A DNA stretch of 64,000 bases from assembly GCA_030431715.1 (NCBI GenBank), contig JAUIIO010000005.1, positions 17,542 to 81,541 of the forward strand, read 5' to 3'. This document shows, piece after piece, positions 11,206-19,944 of the stretch. A program made the translations under genes and the position numbers. This stretch comes from a bacterium (GTDB taxonomy: Bacteria; Bdellovibrionota_C; UBA2361; RFPC01). A model generated the notes under the pieces. The model searched no databases. It was not told where the DNA came from and worked only from the letters and a program-made list of their open reading frames with translations. How positions within the stretch are numbered: the stretch's first letter is position 1; each line of letters opens with the position of its first letter.

Positions 11206-11868
11206 ATGTCTGAGATGTTACATTTGTTTGTCGACTACGTTGTCGAGCTTGTTAGTGGTCTGGGTTATATTGGTATATTTCTCCTTATGACTCTTGAGAG
11301 TTCATTTGTGCCTTTCCCCAGTGAAGTAGTGCTTATTCCAGCAGGATATCTCTCCTCAACAGGTGAGATGAACGTTTTTCTGGTATGCCTAGCTGGTATT
11401 GGTGGCAGTATTGCTGGTGCGCTTATTAATTACTATCTCTCCGCAACGCTGGGGCGTGCCTTTATTGTCCGGTATGGGAAGTACTTCCTGCTTCCAGAAG
11501 ATAAGTTTCTAAAGTTAGAGAAGCTTTTTCTCACCCACGGTGCTTTTGCGACCTTTGTAGGACGGCTTATCTTTGGAATACGGCAGTGGATTTCTATTCC
11601 AGCCGGTATTAGCAAAATGCATCTGCCCACATTTATTTCTCTCACAACAGCCGGTGCTTCTATCTGGGTCATTATCCTTGCCAGTCTTGGTTATCTCTTT
11701 GGCGAAGGAAAAGAAACTGGCCAGATGGCGAAGCTTGTTGGATACTGGTTACTCGCAGTAGTTGTTATAATGTTTGTTGCGTATTTTTACTGGTGGCATC
11801 CAAAGAAAGCAAAAAAGCACGTGAGTGCGACAGATGGCTTAAGCCAAAATGGCGGAACGGTCTCTTAA
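11206..11868 (+). CDS. DedA/VTT-family inner membrane protein
   Basis: DedA signature (GYIGIFLLMTLESSFVPFPSEVVLIPAGYL) and multiple TMs. Confidence 0.8.
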   Translation: MSEMLHLFVDYVVELVSGLGYIGIFLLMTLESSFVPFPSEVVLIPAGYLSSTGEMNVFLVCLAGIGGSIAGALINYYLSATLGRAFIVRYGKYFLLPEDKFLKLEKLFLTHGAFATFVGRLIFGIRQWISIPAGISKMHLPTFISLTTAGASIWVIILASLGYLFGEGKETGQMAKLVGYWLLAVVVIMFVAYFYWWHPKKAKKHVSATDGLSQNGGTVS

Positions 11869-12566
11869 CCGCGATACTGGCGTTTTCCTGTTTATGCAGC
11901 TGTTCAGTCCTAAAACCGCCTAGGTTCGTCCGAGTAATACAGTACCCCATGCAGACGGGCGATACGGTTTCAGGACTTGCGCATCGATTTAATGTGCCAG
12001 CACGTGAGATTCTCCACTTCAACGACATATCAGACCCTAGAACAATAAGAACTGGTGATGTTATCTATGTGCCATATCGAGGAAGCAAGAAAAGTGGGGC
12101 ATCGGGTGAGAGAAAGTGGGATCCGAAGGATAAAAACTATCTCGATCTCGGTATTGCGAGAAAACACATAGGGCGCATGGACTGGCCGATCGGAGGGCAG
12201 GGCAAGCTCACCTCAGAGTTTGGTCGAAGGTGGTTTTCTTTCCATGAGGGGATAGATCTCTCAGCGCCTTCAGGCTCACCAATTTACGCGGCGCATGCTG
12301 GTCTTGTTGTGTATAGTGATAATGGGATGTCAGGCTATGGCAACTTGGTAGCAATACGAGGAGATCACATCCTTACCGTGTATGCTCATAACAAAAGCAA
12401 TCGAGTAAGTAAGGGAGAGCGTGTAAAAATAGGGCAACACATCGCAGATGTTGGCGCCACAGGCAAAGCGAAAGGCCCCCATCTCCACTTTGAAGTGCGC
12501 ATCAAGGACGAAGACGGTAAAAATGTTGCCGTAAATCCATTGCTTTTCTTCCCCGGTTTTTTCTAA
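11793..12566 (+). CDS. LysM plus M23 peptidase murein hydrolase (NlpD-like)
   Basis: LysM motif (YPMQTGDTVSGLAHRFNV...IRTGDVIYVP) followed by M23 motifs (GIDLSAPSGSPIYAAHAGLV, HLHFEV). The start likely lies downstream of the annotated Met because the annotated start overlaps dedA. Confidence 0.85.
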   Translation: MASKESKKARECDRWLKPKWRNGLLTAILAFSCLCSCSVLKPPRFVRVIQYPMQTGDTVSGLAHRFNVPAREILHFNDISDPRTIRTGDVIYVPYRGSKKSGASGERKWDPKDKNYLDLGIARKHIGRMDWPIGGQGKLTSEFGRRWFSFHEGIDLSAPSGSPIYAAHAGLVVYSDNGMSGYGNLVAIRGDHILTVYAHNKSNRVSKGERVKIGQHIADVGATGKAKGPHLHFEVRIKDEDGKNVAVNPLLFFPGFF

Positions 12567-12682
12567 AGTATTCCGAGTGCCCTCGTAGCTTCCCCCTCCG
12601 CACAAGGCTCCGGAGGACGGGTGTCAGATACATGAGGGAAGTAGATATTCGAAGTTAGGTTGTATAAGGTAGGAGTCTATTC

Positions 12683-12759
12683 GCCCTCGTAGCTCAGTAG
12701 GATAGAGCACAGCTTTCCTAAAGCTGGTGTCGCATGTTCGAATCATGCCGGGGGCGCCA
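12683..12759 (+). tRNA. tRNA-Arg, anticodon CCT
   Basis: Manual cloverleaf: acceptor GCCCTCG/CGGGGGC (one G-U pair), D-arm GCTC-AGTAGGATA-GAGC, anticodon arm CAGCT-TTCCTAA-AGCTG, T-arm GCATG-TTCGAAT-CATGC, discriminator G, encoded CCA. 77 nt. Confidence 0.9.
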
Positions 12760-13110
12760 TTATTTTAATAATGGAGCAGCCGGCATGATTCGAACAAACA
12801 ATACTGCGAATCAAAATGGCAGAGCCATTTCCATGTTGCCGGGGGCGCCATCTCTATTCATCTATCCCCGTCATTGCGAGGAGCTGAGACATTTATGTCG
12901 AACGACGTGGCAATCTCCAAGCGCAATCAATTTAAGTATTAACCGCAAAGGACGCAAAGAAACGCAAAGAATTTTGACTTAGGATCTTTGCGCTCTTTGC
13001 GTCCTTTGCGGTTAAACCCAAACAATCTTCATCTTAGCAGAGCTCCCTGTGGCCAGTGCACCATCTCTCTTTGCGTCCTTTGCTGTTAGTACTATACTCT
13101 ATCATGAGTA
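12760..13110. repeat. Copy A of a ~300-bp dispersed composite repeat, preceded by a 13-bp direct repeat of the tRNA 3' end
   Basis: GCCGGGGGCGCCA at 12838-12850 duplicates tRNA positions 12747-12759. Positions 12781-12795 hold an inverted copy of the tRNA T-arm. The core ATTGCGAGGAGCTGAGACATttATGTCGAACGAC is shared with 63183 and 63481. A hairpin joins TTAACCGCAAAGGACGCAAAG to CTTTGCGTCCTTTGCGGTTAA. Confidence 0.75.
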
Positions 13111-13134
13111 ACATCCCTCTAGAAATTTGGAATA

Positions 13135-14193
13135 ATGAGATTAAAATACATACAAGTCCTTACATTATGCCTACTCTTTTTTACTTCTCCGCATTTTCTC
13201 CTGGCTGATGAGGAAAAAGAGATTCGAATCGGTGTCATTACTGACCTCACTGGGCTCGCTGCCTACTGGGGAAAACAGACAGCCGTTGGCGTAGAGCTAC
13301 TTCAAGATGAATTTTCCGCAGCGGACATGCCAGTTAAGATCATAGTAGAAAACCATAATCTTGATCCCAAATTAGCAGTAACCGCCGCTCAAAAGCTTCT
13401 TTTTGTAGACAAGGTCGATGCTGTTTATTCCGAGTTTACCATGACTGCTATTGCGGCTTCTGCTATTGTAAAGAATGCTAAGAAGCTCTTTATGGGAGAT
13501 TGTGCGGCGAATTCTTTTCTGGAAAGAAATCCTTACTCTTTTAAAACATACATAGACTACACGGCTGGTTGCCAGGCTGTTGCAACACGTTGGAAGAAGA
13601 AAGGGATTAAACGGATAGGAGTCTTAAAGGCTGAAACTGAATATGGAGAGTTGTGTGCTGATGGTGTTCGTAAAGTTTTTCCTGAAAGCTTTATTGTAGA
13701 TTATAAATACGGTGAAGCTGTTAGAACCCAAGCTCTGTTACTTAAGAAGCATAAAGTTCAAGCTGTACTAAATGCCTCATTTGAGGGTGATGTCTTAAAT
13801 ATGCTTGAAGCTTTTCGGGCTATAGATTACATGCCGCTTTTAGCCTCAAATTTTGATGCTTACACAGATAATGTACGTAAGAAATACTCTACGGTTATTG
13901 ACGAATTTACTACCTTTGGATTTAAGAAAGTATCAGACGAGTTTATTAAGAAGGTAAAAACGAAAGATCCAGAGAACTCCCTTGTTTCTATTGAGGGTGC
14001 AGCTCTTGCTTACATACATATAAAGCAGTTTGTTGATGCCCTACGAACATGTAAGAAAGATGATATCGAATGCCAGCTACGAAAGATGCAAGTAGCCCCA
14101 CATCAGAATGGCACGATCCTTGGATTTCAGGGATTTAAGGATAGAACTGCGATATTTCCTCCTGACTTAGTAGTTTATAGGGGGACTGAGTAG
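13135..14193 (+). CDS. Periplasmic substrate-binding protein, type-1 PBP fold (Leu/Ile/Val-binding family); orphan
   Basis: Signal peptide and IRIGVITDLTGLAAYWGKQTAVGVELLQDEF, typical of LivK-like receptors. No adjacent permease or ATPase genes. Visibly lower GC than the neighbouring genes. Confidence 0.65.
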   Translation: MRLKYIQVLTLCLLFFTSPHFLLADEEKEIRIGVITDLTGLAAYWGKQTAVGVELLQDEFSAADMPVKIIVENHNLDPKLAVTAAQKLLFVDKVDAVYSEFTMTAIAASAIVKNAKKLFMGDCAANSFLERNPYSFKTYIDYTAGCQAVATRWKKKGIKRIGVLKAETEYGELCADGVRKVFPESFIVDYKYGEAVRTQALLLKKHKVQAVLNASFEGDVLNMLEAFRAIDYMPLLASNFDAYTDNVRKKYSTVIDEFTTFGFKKVSDEFIKKVKTKDPENSLVSIEGAALAYIHIKQFVDALRTCKKDDIECQLRKMQVAPHQNGTILGFQGFKDRTAIFPPDLVVYRGTE

Positions 14194-14280
14194 GCATGTA
14201 AAGTATCGTCCACTCTCATTTCACTTTACATTTCCTCCAATTACACTAAAATTACTCCGATTTATGACTCGTGAGGATTT

Positions 14281-15252
14281 TTGTGTCCTCACATTTTTAT
14301 CGGAGCACCCATGGCTGAACCTACAACAGCGGAACAAGCAGAAACAGCACTTAAGCAAACAGGAACCGAAGTAACCGAGCGTGTCAGCGAAGCATTTGAT
14401 GGCCTTACACATGGAGATATCTCCTCGTCACTTGTGCTCGTTGAAGACTATGTCGTGCCTATCGTAGTCTCTGTTCTCATTTTGATTGTTGGGCTTATAG
14501 TCGCAAGCTTCATATCCAAAGCTGCCGGGGCGCCGATTCGAAAGCGTGTAGATGAGACAGTAGGACGTTTTGTTTCAAAGCTTGTTTTTTATTCCTTGAT
14601 GGTGTTTCTCATTCTCGGTGTTCTCGGTCGCTTTGGAATAAGCGTTGCCAGTTTCGCCGCCGTCATCGCTGCTGCTGGTTTTGCTGTTGGTCTGGCATTT
14701 CAGGGTACCCTTAGTAATTTTGCAGCCGGTGTGCTCCTTTTAGTATTTCGTCCATTTAAAGTAGGTGATGTTGTCAATGCCGGTGGGGTGCTCGGAAAGG
14801 TTGATGAGATAGATCTGTTTACCACAACATTTGATACGTTTGATAACCGACGCATTATCGTACCAAATAGCAGTATTGGTGGATCTACGATTGAAAATAT
14901 TACCTTTCATACCGTCCGGCGTGTAGATGTAAGCGTTGGGGCGGAATACTCGGCAGATATCAAAAAAACGCGCTCTGTACTTACCCGAGCGGCAGAAAGC
15001 CTTAAAGAGCACCTTGTTGAGGGTGAGGGACGTGGTTTTCAAGTATTCTTAAAAGAGCTTGGAGATTCTTCAGTCAACTGGGCCGTTCGTTTCTGGACCA
15101 AGGCTGATGATTACTGGGTGGTTCATGAAAAGCTTACTGAAGCAGTAAAAAACGAGCTCGATGCAGCTGGTATTGGAATACCTTTCCCACAAATGGATGT
15201 GCACATTGATGCACCTGAGGGCAATATGAGCCTTAAGGCCGTTGGTGAGTAG
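14281..15252 (+). CDS. Small-conductance mechanosensitive channel (MscS family)
   Basis: Three TMs, pore helix GLAFQGTLSNFAAGVLLLVFRPFKVGD and a beta-domain (GKVDEIDLFTTTFDTFDNRRIIVPNS). Confidence 0.85.
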   Translation: MCPHIFIGAPMAEPTTAEQAETALKQTGTEVTERVSEAFDGLTHGDISSSLVLVEDYVVPIVVSVLILIVGLIVASFISKAAGAPIRKRVDETVGRFVSKLVFYSLMVFLILGVLGRFGISVASFAAVIAAAGFAVGLAFQGTLSNFAAGVLLLVFRPFKVGDVVNAGGVLGKVDEIDLFTTTFDTFDNRRIIVPNSSIGGSTIENITFHTVRRVDVSVGAEYSADIKKTRSVLTRAAESLKEHLVEGEGRGFQVFLKELGDSSVNWAVRFWTKADDYWVVHEKLTEAVKNELDAAGIGIPFPQMDVHIDAPEGNMSLKAVGE

Positions 15253-15267
15253 GGCGGGTGCCGCTAC

Positions 15268-16461
15268 TTACTGCCTAGAAGACTCTGGTTGCAGATATGA
15301 CAGAGTGAGGTCTTCGGCTATCCCTATTTGATTTCTCCAAGAGACCATCGCAACACTCTTTGCGGAAAGAGGATAGATCTGTAAGAAAAGTCGATCTGAT
15401 GGAATTTCTGGAACACGGTGAAAAGACGATATCAGTGGATCGGAGCAGCGTAGGATGTGAACATCCCCGGTAGTTCCGGAAGTTACGAGATGTGGCTCTA
15501 CCGTAGCTTCAAGCGAATTTTGTATTTCATCCAGTTTCTGTGTCAGCCCCGAGAGTTCTCTTACCTCAGCTTCTGAGAGAGTTCCGATTTTTAGCTGTTG
15601 CTCTAGCTCCATGCGCCTTGGCCATGCATATTCTGATATGTGTGCATGTTCAACGAGTTTTTGACGGTGTACATGTTCATCGGGATAGATGTCAGTATCA
15701 GCGCCGAACACGGTGCTAACGACCTTTCGCTCTTTTTTGGGATCGGTATTTAGTGGATCAAAAGGGCCATCAATATGCCATGTTGAAGCAGGAATAGGGG
15801 AATTCCTAGGCTTGAAAGTTGAACAGATAACAAATGCAGACTCGGCGCTGTAGGCATAGACGACACTGGCCACGCGTTTGCATATTGTATCAGCTGCAAT
15901 CTCTTTATTTGAGCTTGGGGAGAGTCCTTGATCCTCTAGGTATGTCAGGACATTTTGTCTGAGGTGGTGAAGGTTCCCATAAAAGTTCTTACTGCTATTT
16001 TGAGCAACTGTTGAGTTATCAAGTTTTAACTGTTCTTCATGTGTTATGCCGGAATGATAAGAAAGAAGAGAGGGGGAATGTGTATTGTCTAATTCGTCAG
16101 CGTTAACCTTGGCTTTTGCAAAGAGGGTGGGATCATAATAGCTATCAACAAAAGAAAGTGTATTTAGCGGTGCGTTCGGATCAACTCGCGCTATCTCCAC
16201 TTCCTCTATAGTATCTAAGCGTTTATGAAGCTCTGCAATTGCTTGATCTGAAGAATCTATGGAATGAGCCAAGGCCTGAGCACTGTATCCTCCATAGGTT
16301 TCTACTACGTCTCGAACGATCTCTTTTACTGCTGGACTAAGATCGGACTGTTGGATGCGTTCGAGATAGGAGAGCGCGTCGGTAGGATCTGCGCTTACAG
16401 ACTCACCGGTGTCGGATGCTTGTTCTCTCTGGACACTTTTATCTTCAGGCTTTGCACTCAT
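15268..16461 (-). CDS. Hypothetical cytoplasmic protein (397 aa)
   Basis: Long ORF with coding-like composition, downstream of miaE on the same strand. No recognisable motifs; acidic N-terminus. Confidence 0.5.
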   Translation of the reverse strand: MSAKPEDKSVQREQASDTGESVSADPTDALSYLERIQQSDLSPAVKEIVRDVVETYGGYSAQALAHSIDSSDQAIAELHKRLDTIEEVEIARVDPNAPLNTLSFVDSYYDPTLFAKAKVNADELDNTHSPSLLSYHSGITHEEQLKLDNSTVAQNSSKNFYGNLHHLRQNVLTYLEDQGLSPSSNKEIAADTICKRVASVVYAYSAESAFVICSTFKPRNSPIPASTWHIDGPFDPLNTDPKKERKVVSTVFGADTDIYPDEHVHRQKLVEHAHISEYAWPRRMELEQQLKIGTLSEAEVRELSGLTQKLDEIQNSLEATVEPHLVTSGTTGDVHILRCSDPLISSFHRVPEIPSDRLFLQIYPLSAKSVAMVSWRNQIGIAEDLTLSYLQPESSRQ

Positions 16462-16542
16462 GGAAGCATACTCACATACCTGTTATGCATTCCATTATGA
16501 GTTCAGTCACATAGTTGCGAAGGGGTTGAATTTCTTAAGTTT

Positions 16543-17181
16543 TTAAGGGGCGACAACCCAAGAGTGTATTGAGGAGTTCCTTTCCTGTTCTTGAATTATC
16601 AGAGCCTCTTCCTCGAGGAACCACTCAAATCGTGTACTGACTTCGTCTGGATCCATAAATTCTCTAGCGAGAAGTATAAAACTTTCATAGTGGTCACGCT
16701 CTGATGACCAGAGCCCGGTGTAAAGTTTTGAGAGTTCACGATCTTTACTTGCAGTAGTTTCCTGCGCCAGAAGATAAAAGCGTTCACACGACCTCGCTTC
16801 AATAAGAGCCGAGACTAGCAGCCTATCGAGCGTTTCGTAATCTGCGCGTCCCTTACGGATTCGTTTAGCGAGTGAGCCTGTGTAGAGATTGCGGTGGGAT
16901 TTAGCGAGAGTGCCTCCGCGTTTATCTAGATGTCTCAGCACAAGGGATAGGTGAGAGGCCTCATCTCTGGCTATTTCTCCGAGCTCTTTGGTCCAGACCT
17001 CAGGTGGTTTTCCTTCGGGCCAACGTTGAAGGAGCGTGAGGGCATTGGCAGCTGCTTTTTTCTCCAGATGAGCATGGTCGGATAAGAGCTCAAGCGGATT
17101 CTCAAGGACTCGCTTCGCCCACGGAGCAGGGGTATAGACACGTAGTGGCAAGGCTGTTTGAGGAGATTCCATAAGTGGCAC
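16543..17181 (-). CDS. miaE: tRNA-(ms2io6A)-hydroxylase MiaE (ferritin-like di-iron)
   Basis: LLSDHAHLEKKAAANALTLL and IEARSCERF match the MiaE di-iron motifs; a second ExxH at SERDHYESF. About 210 aa. Confidence 0.8.
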   Translation of the reverse strand: MPLMESPQTALPLRVYTPAPWAKRVLENPLELLSDHAHLEKKAAANALTLLQRWPEGKPPEVWTKELGEIARDEASHLSLVLRHLDKRGGTLAKSHRNLYTGSLAKRIRKGRADYETLDRLLVSALIEARSCERFYLLAQETTASKDRELSKLYTGLWSSERDHYESFILLAREFMDPDEVSTRFEWFLEEEALIIQEQERNSSIHSWVVAP

Positions 17182-17197
17182 TTTACTAAAAAGTCTT

Positions 17198-17461
17198 GTG
17201 CGTTACTATAGTACTATGGTTCAGCAAACGATTTCAGATGCGCAATTAGAAGCCGATGCAAAGCAGTTAGCAGAGGATTATCTTGGTCCTGAGATTATTG
17301 GGTCGTTTTTTGTAAAAGAGAAAGGTGTGATGGGCGTGGCCGCGAATAAAGAAGACGGCTGTGTTGATATCATTATGTATGCGGCCCCGGACTCTGACGA
17401 AGCTCGTGCGATGCTTAGAGACGCACAATACCGTATCGCTTCACCAGCAAGAGTTCTCTAA
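17198..17461 (+). CDS. Small hypothetical protein (87 aa)
   Basis: ORF only; no motifs. Confidence 0.35.
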   Translation: MRYYSTMVQQTISDAQLEADAKQLAEDYLGPEIIGSFFVKEKGVMGVAANKEDGCVDIIMYAAPDSDEARAMLRDAQYRIASPARVL

Positions 17462-17467
17462 GACTCT

Positions 17468-18298
17468 TTATTGCCTGCTTACCGTGAGCCTCGTGATTTC
17501 AGGTTGAGAATCGATTTGATCGGGCTGGATAATACCCTGACCGACCAGTTCAGGGAGTATTATTCGTATCGTAATCCGTATAAGAAGATCTCCGCTGACA
17601 GGAAGGTTACTAATGGTTGCCTCTTCGTCGTAGTTCTCAGTTCTCATTCGTAGCCTAAACTTCGTTTTGTCACTTGTCGTGCGTAGTTCAAACTGGCCAT
17701 TTGCTGCTGTTGTATCGTGAGAGCCGATACCTCTAAGTGTTACTCCTATGCCTGATAGTGGAGTATCGTCTGAGGAGATGATCTTTCCGAGTATTCTGAC
17801 AGTGCGCGAAGGATTTTGCTTCTCCTGCTGCCCATCGTCTTCTGGCTGCTGTGTGATCTCTTCGTCTGGAGAAGGGGTGGGGGGAGCCGTAGAGGGATTT
17901 ACTGTAATCTCGGTAACAACGACGGTGTCACTGCTGGCACTCACAACAATTTGCGCGTTAATGACAAGAGCCTCTTCTGAGAGTATTCCGAGGCTTCTCG
18001 TTTCATTTATCTGTTCTGAGTGGATAAGCACTTCGAGTTCTTCACCAACACGAGCCTGTGTTTTAAAGCTGTAGGAACCGCTCTCGTTACTTATGCCAGC
18101 TGAGCCGCTACGCAGATCGGCAACCTCTATTCCAGCGAGCGGTTCGCCGGTTTCTGAAAGAACGTTGCCCTCAACGGTAATACTACGAAGATCGCCAGTT
18201 CCTCTGGTCCCGCCTCCTGCACATGCCGTTAGTACCATAAGGAAAAGGGCGCTAAGTACCATACTGGTAATTGTTCGATAACTACTCTTCGTCAGCAT
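17468..18298 (-). CDS. Lipoprotein with two carboxypeptidase-regulatory-like (Cna-B-type) beta-sandwich domains
   Basis: Lipobox LTAC. Two repeats of the form TVEGNVLSETGEPLAGIEVADLRSGSAGISNESGSYSF and ILGKIISSDDTPLSGIGVTLRGIGSHDTTAANGQFEL. The start is taken at the internal Met to limit overlap with the upstream gene. Confidence 0.5.
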   Translation of the reverse strand: MLTKSSYRTITSMVLSALFLMVLTACAGGGTRGTGDLRSITVEGNVLSETGEPLAGIEVADLRSGSAGISNESGSYSFKTQARVGEELEVLIHSEQINETRSLGILSEEALVINAQIVVSASSDTVVVTEITVNPSTAPPTPSPDEEITQQPEDDGQQEKQNPSRTVRILGKIISSDDTPLSGIGVTLRGIGSHDTTAANGQFELRTTSDKTKFRLRMRTENYDEEATISNLPVSGDLLIRITIRIILPELVGQGIIQPDQIDSQPEITRLTVSRQ

Positions 18299-19190
18299 TT
18301 TTGTTCCCCTCAGGAGTGTTTGATTCAGTTGATGTGAAGCTTGTGAATGCAACTCGGGTGCACTCTCCTCTGTAGCTCGGATCTGGTGTGGTGTCTTGAT
18401 CGTAGGAGGCGATGAGTTCGCGAATCTGTAGGTGAAGTTTATGGCCTGCTTCTAGAAGTTTCCGGTTAAGCTCAGGGATGTCGCGCTTTCTTACAGAATC
18501 AAAAGCTGTCTGGAGATGATGAAGTGGAGTGTCTGTATTTGCTCTTGTGTTATGTTCCACGGTAGTTATGAGGCCGTGCATATCCTCTGAGGCGATGTGA
18601 TAAGCTTCTTCTTTGTTCTCCTTTTCGATAAGATTAGGAGCGAGGAGTCTTAGCCCGCGCGAGGTCTCCTCTACCATCTGAAGTCTCTTGAGCTCAAAAA
18701 GAATCGTAGCTGGATTTAGGTCTGTTCCTGCCTTCTTTACAAGTGCTTCAAATTCACTTTTTCCAGATGAGAGAGACAAGACTCGTGGCTTTCTGGCCGT
18801 TGTGCGAAAGGAAGGATCTGTCATCCAGTGCGTAATGATTCGCGTAAGCGTATCTCTATTCTCGTCGAGCTTGTAATCGCCACGGTCAATACGTCCGATG
18901 TCTCGGCGGTGCATACCTGTCATTGCAGAGATGCGACTCGCATTTGCCTTCTTACTCTGCTTTTCAAGCTCTTGCCCGGCACTATAGGCGAGCTCTAGCT
19001 TTACACACTCAGATATGTCCTGAACCTTAAGCCCTCGCTTCAAGCAGAAGCGTATAACAGGCCTTAGAAGGAGCCGTAGCAGGGTGAGTGTCTGCTGTTT
19101 ATGTGAAGAATATGAGCTGCTCATAAATGCGTATATTTTACATATGTTATTTGAGATTTTAGCTAGTAGCGCGCATATAAATCTTAACAA
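18282..19190 (-). CDS. Hypothetical protein with a possible helix-turn-helix (SRISAMTGMHRRDIGRI)
   Basis: ORF of 302 aa; HTH-like segment near residue 80. AT-rich promoter region upstream. Confidence 0.4.
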   Translation of the reverse strand: MLRFICALLAKISNNICKIYAFMSSSYSSHKQQTLTLLRLLLRPVIRFCLKRGLKVQDISECVKLELAYSAGQELEKQSKKANASRISAMTGMHRRDIGRIDRGDYKLDENRDTLTRIITHWMTDPSFRTTARKPRVLSLSSGKSEFEALVKKAGTDLNPATILFELKRLQMVEETSRGLRLLAPNLIEKENKEEAYHIASEDMHGLITTVEHNTRANTDTPLHHLQTAFDSVRKRDIPELNRKLLEAGHKLHLQIRELIASYDQDTTPDPSYRGECTRVAFTSFTSTESNTPEGNKNADEE

Positions 19191-19247
19191 CCTGAAAATA
19201 CATTACTTAATTAGCTTTTACTTTGCAAGAATAATATGCTACAAAAG

Positions 19248-19262
19248 TGTGCAAAATGCACA
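19248..19262. promoter_or_regulatory. Perfect palindrome TGTGCA-AAA-TGCACA in an AT-rich divergent promoter region (candidate operator)
   Basis: Seen directly. It lies between the divergent genes 18282..19190(-) and 19281..19934(+), about 20 bp upstream of the latter's start. Confidence 0.4.
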
Positions 19263-19280
19263 TAAGATAGTAAACGTTGC

Positions 19281-19934
19281 ATGGAGGCTTATATGTTTTA
19301 TAAAGTGTCATTTCTTACTTTTGTAGTGCTTACAGTAATTTCCCCATTTTCCGGGGCTTTCGCACTCGATTTTGAACCAAAATCCATATCACTTACCTCT
19401 CTCTCTCCCGGATGTAAGAATTTTGATATTACTGAAATTGAAATGGGAGGTATCTCGGCTCAAATTGGGAAAAGAAAGCAACGCCGTAAGAAACGAAGGT
19501 GCAAGCTGGGCTTTCAAGTTCAGTCTGAGCTCAATGGTGTGAGCCCACTTATCTGTAGGAGATTTCAAGCGTATCTCTACCGATTCCGAGGAGAAAGAGA
19601 CATCGCCCCAACAGACAGCACGATTACAAGAGTTCTTGAGTCAGATGAGTGCGGAGGATTTTCCTATACTCTTAGAACAAGAAAGCGAAAGCCGAGAGAG
19701 GAGCGGTGGCATATAGCGCTTGAGAGTATGGCGGTAAACGAGCCTAAGATTCCTTACGTCGTTGTGCCGCCTACAGGAAAAGTTTGTCTGCAAGTACTGA
19801 CCTGCGGCTTGAATGTCGCAACAGGAGAAGTTGCCATCTATTCAAACTCATGTGGAGTGGACGGCGAAAAAGTTGTCCGTGCCAGCAGTGGTGCGTGCGG
19901 AATGGGTGGCGTATCTATGACTCTGGATAAGTAG
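19281..19934 (+). CDS. Secreted cysteine-rich hypothetical protein with basic stretches
   Basis: Signal peptide (FLTFVVLTVISPFSGAFA), 12 Cys, and a KRKQRRKKRR patch. Confidence 0.45.
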   Translation: MEAYMFYKVSFLTFVVLTVISPFSGAFALDFEPKSISLTSLSPGCKNFDITEIEMGGISAQIGKRKQRRKKRRCKLGFQVQSELNGVSPLICRRFQAYLYRFRGERDIAPTDSTITRVLESDECGGFSYTLRTRKRKPREERWHIALESMAVNEPKIPYVVVPPTGKVCLQVLTCGLNVATGEVAIYSNSCGVDGEKVVRASSGACGMGGVSMTLDK

Positions 19935-19944
19935 GGAGGTTTGT

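Noticed and set aside
12747-12850. Intact integrated genomic island delimited by the tRNA 3'-end direct repeats
   Set aside because: The two 13-nt copies are only 78 bp apart, far too close to enclose an island. I read this as a footprint or small-element insertion rather than attL/attR of a resident island.
12734-12982. 82-aa ORF overlapping tRNA-Arg and the repeat element (and the similar ORFs 63393..63665 and 63414..63680)
   Set aside because: All three are reading frames through copies of the same ~300-bp repeat, sharing the peptide PRHCEELRH. One overlaps a tRNA. I judge them non-coding repeat DNA.
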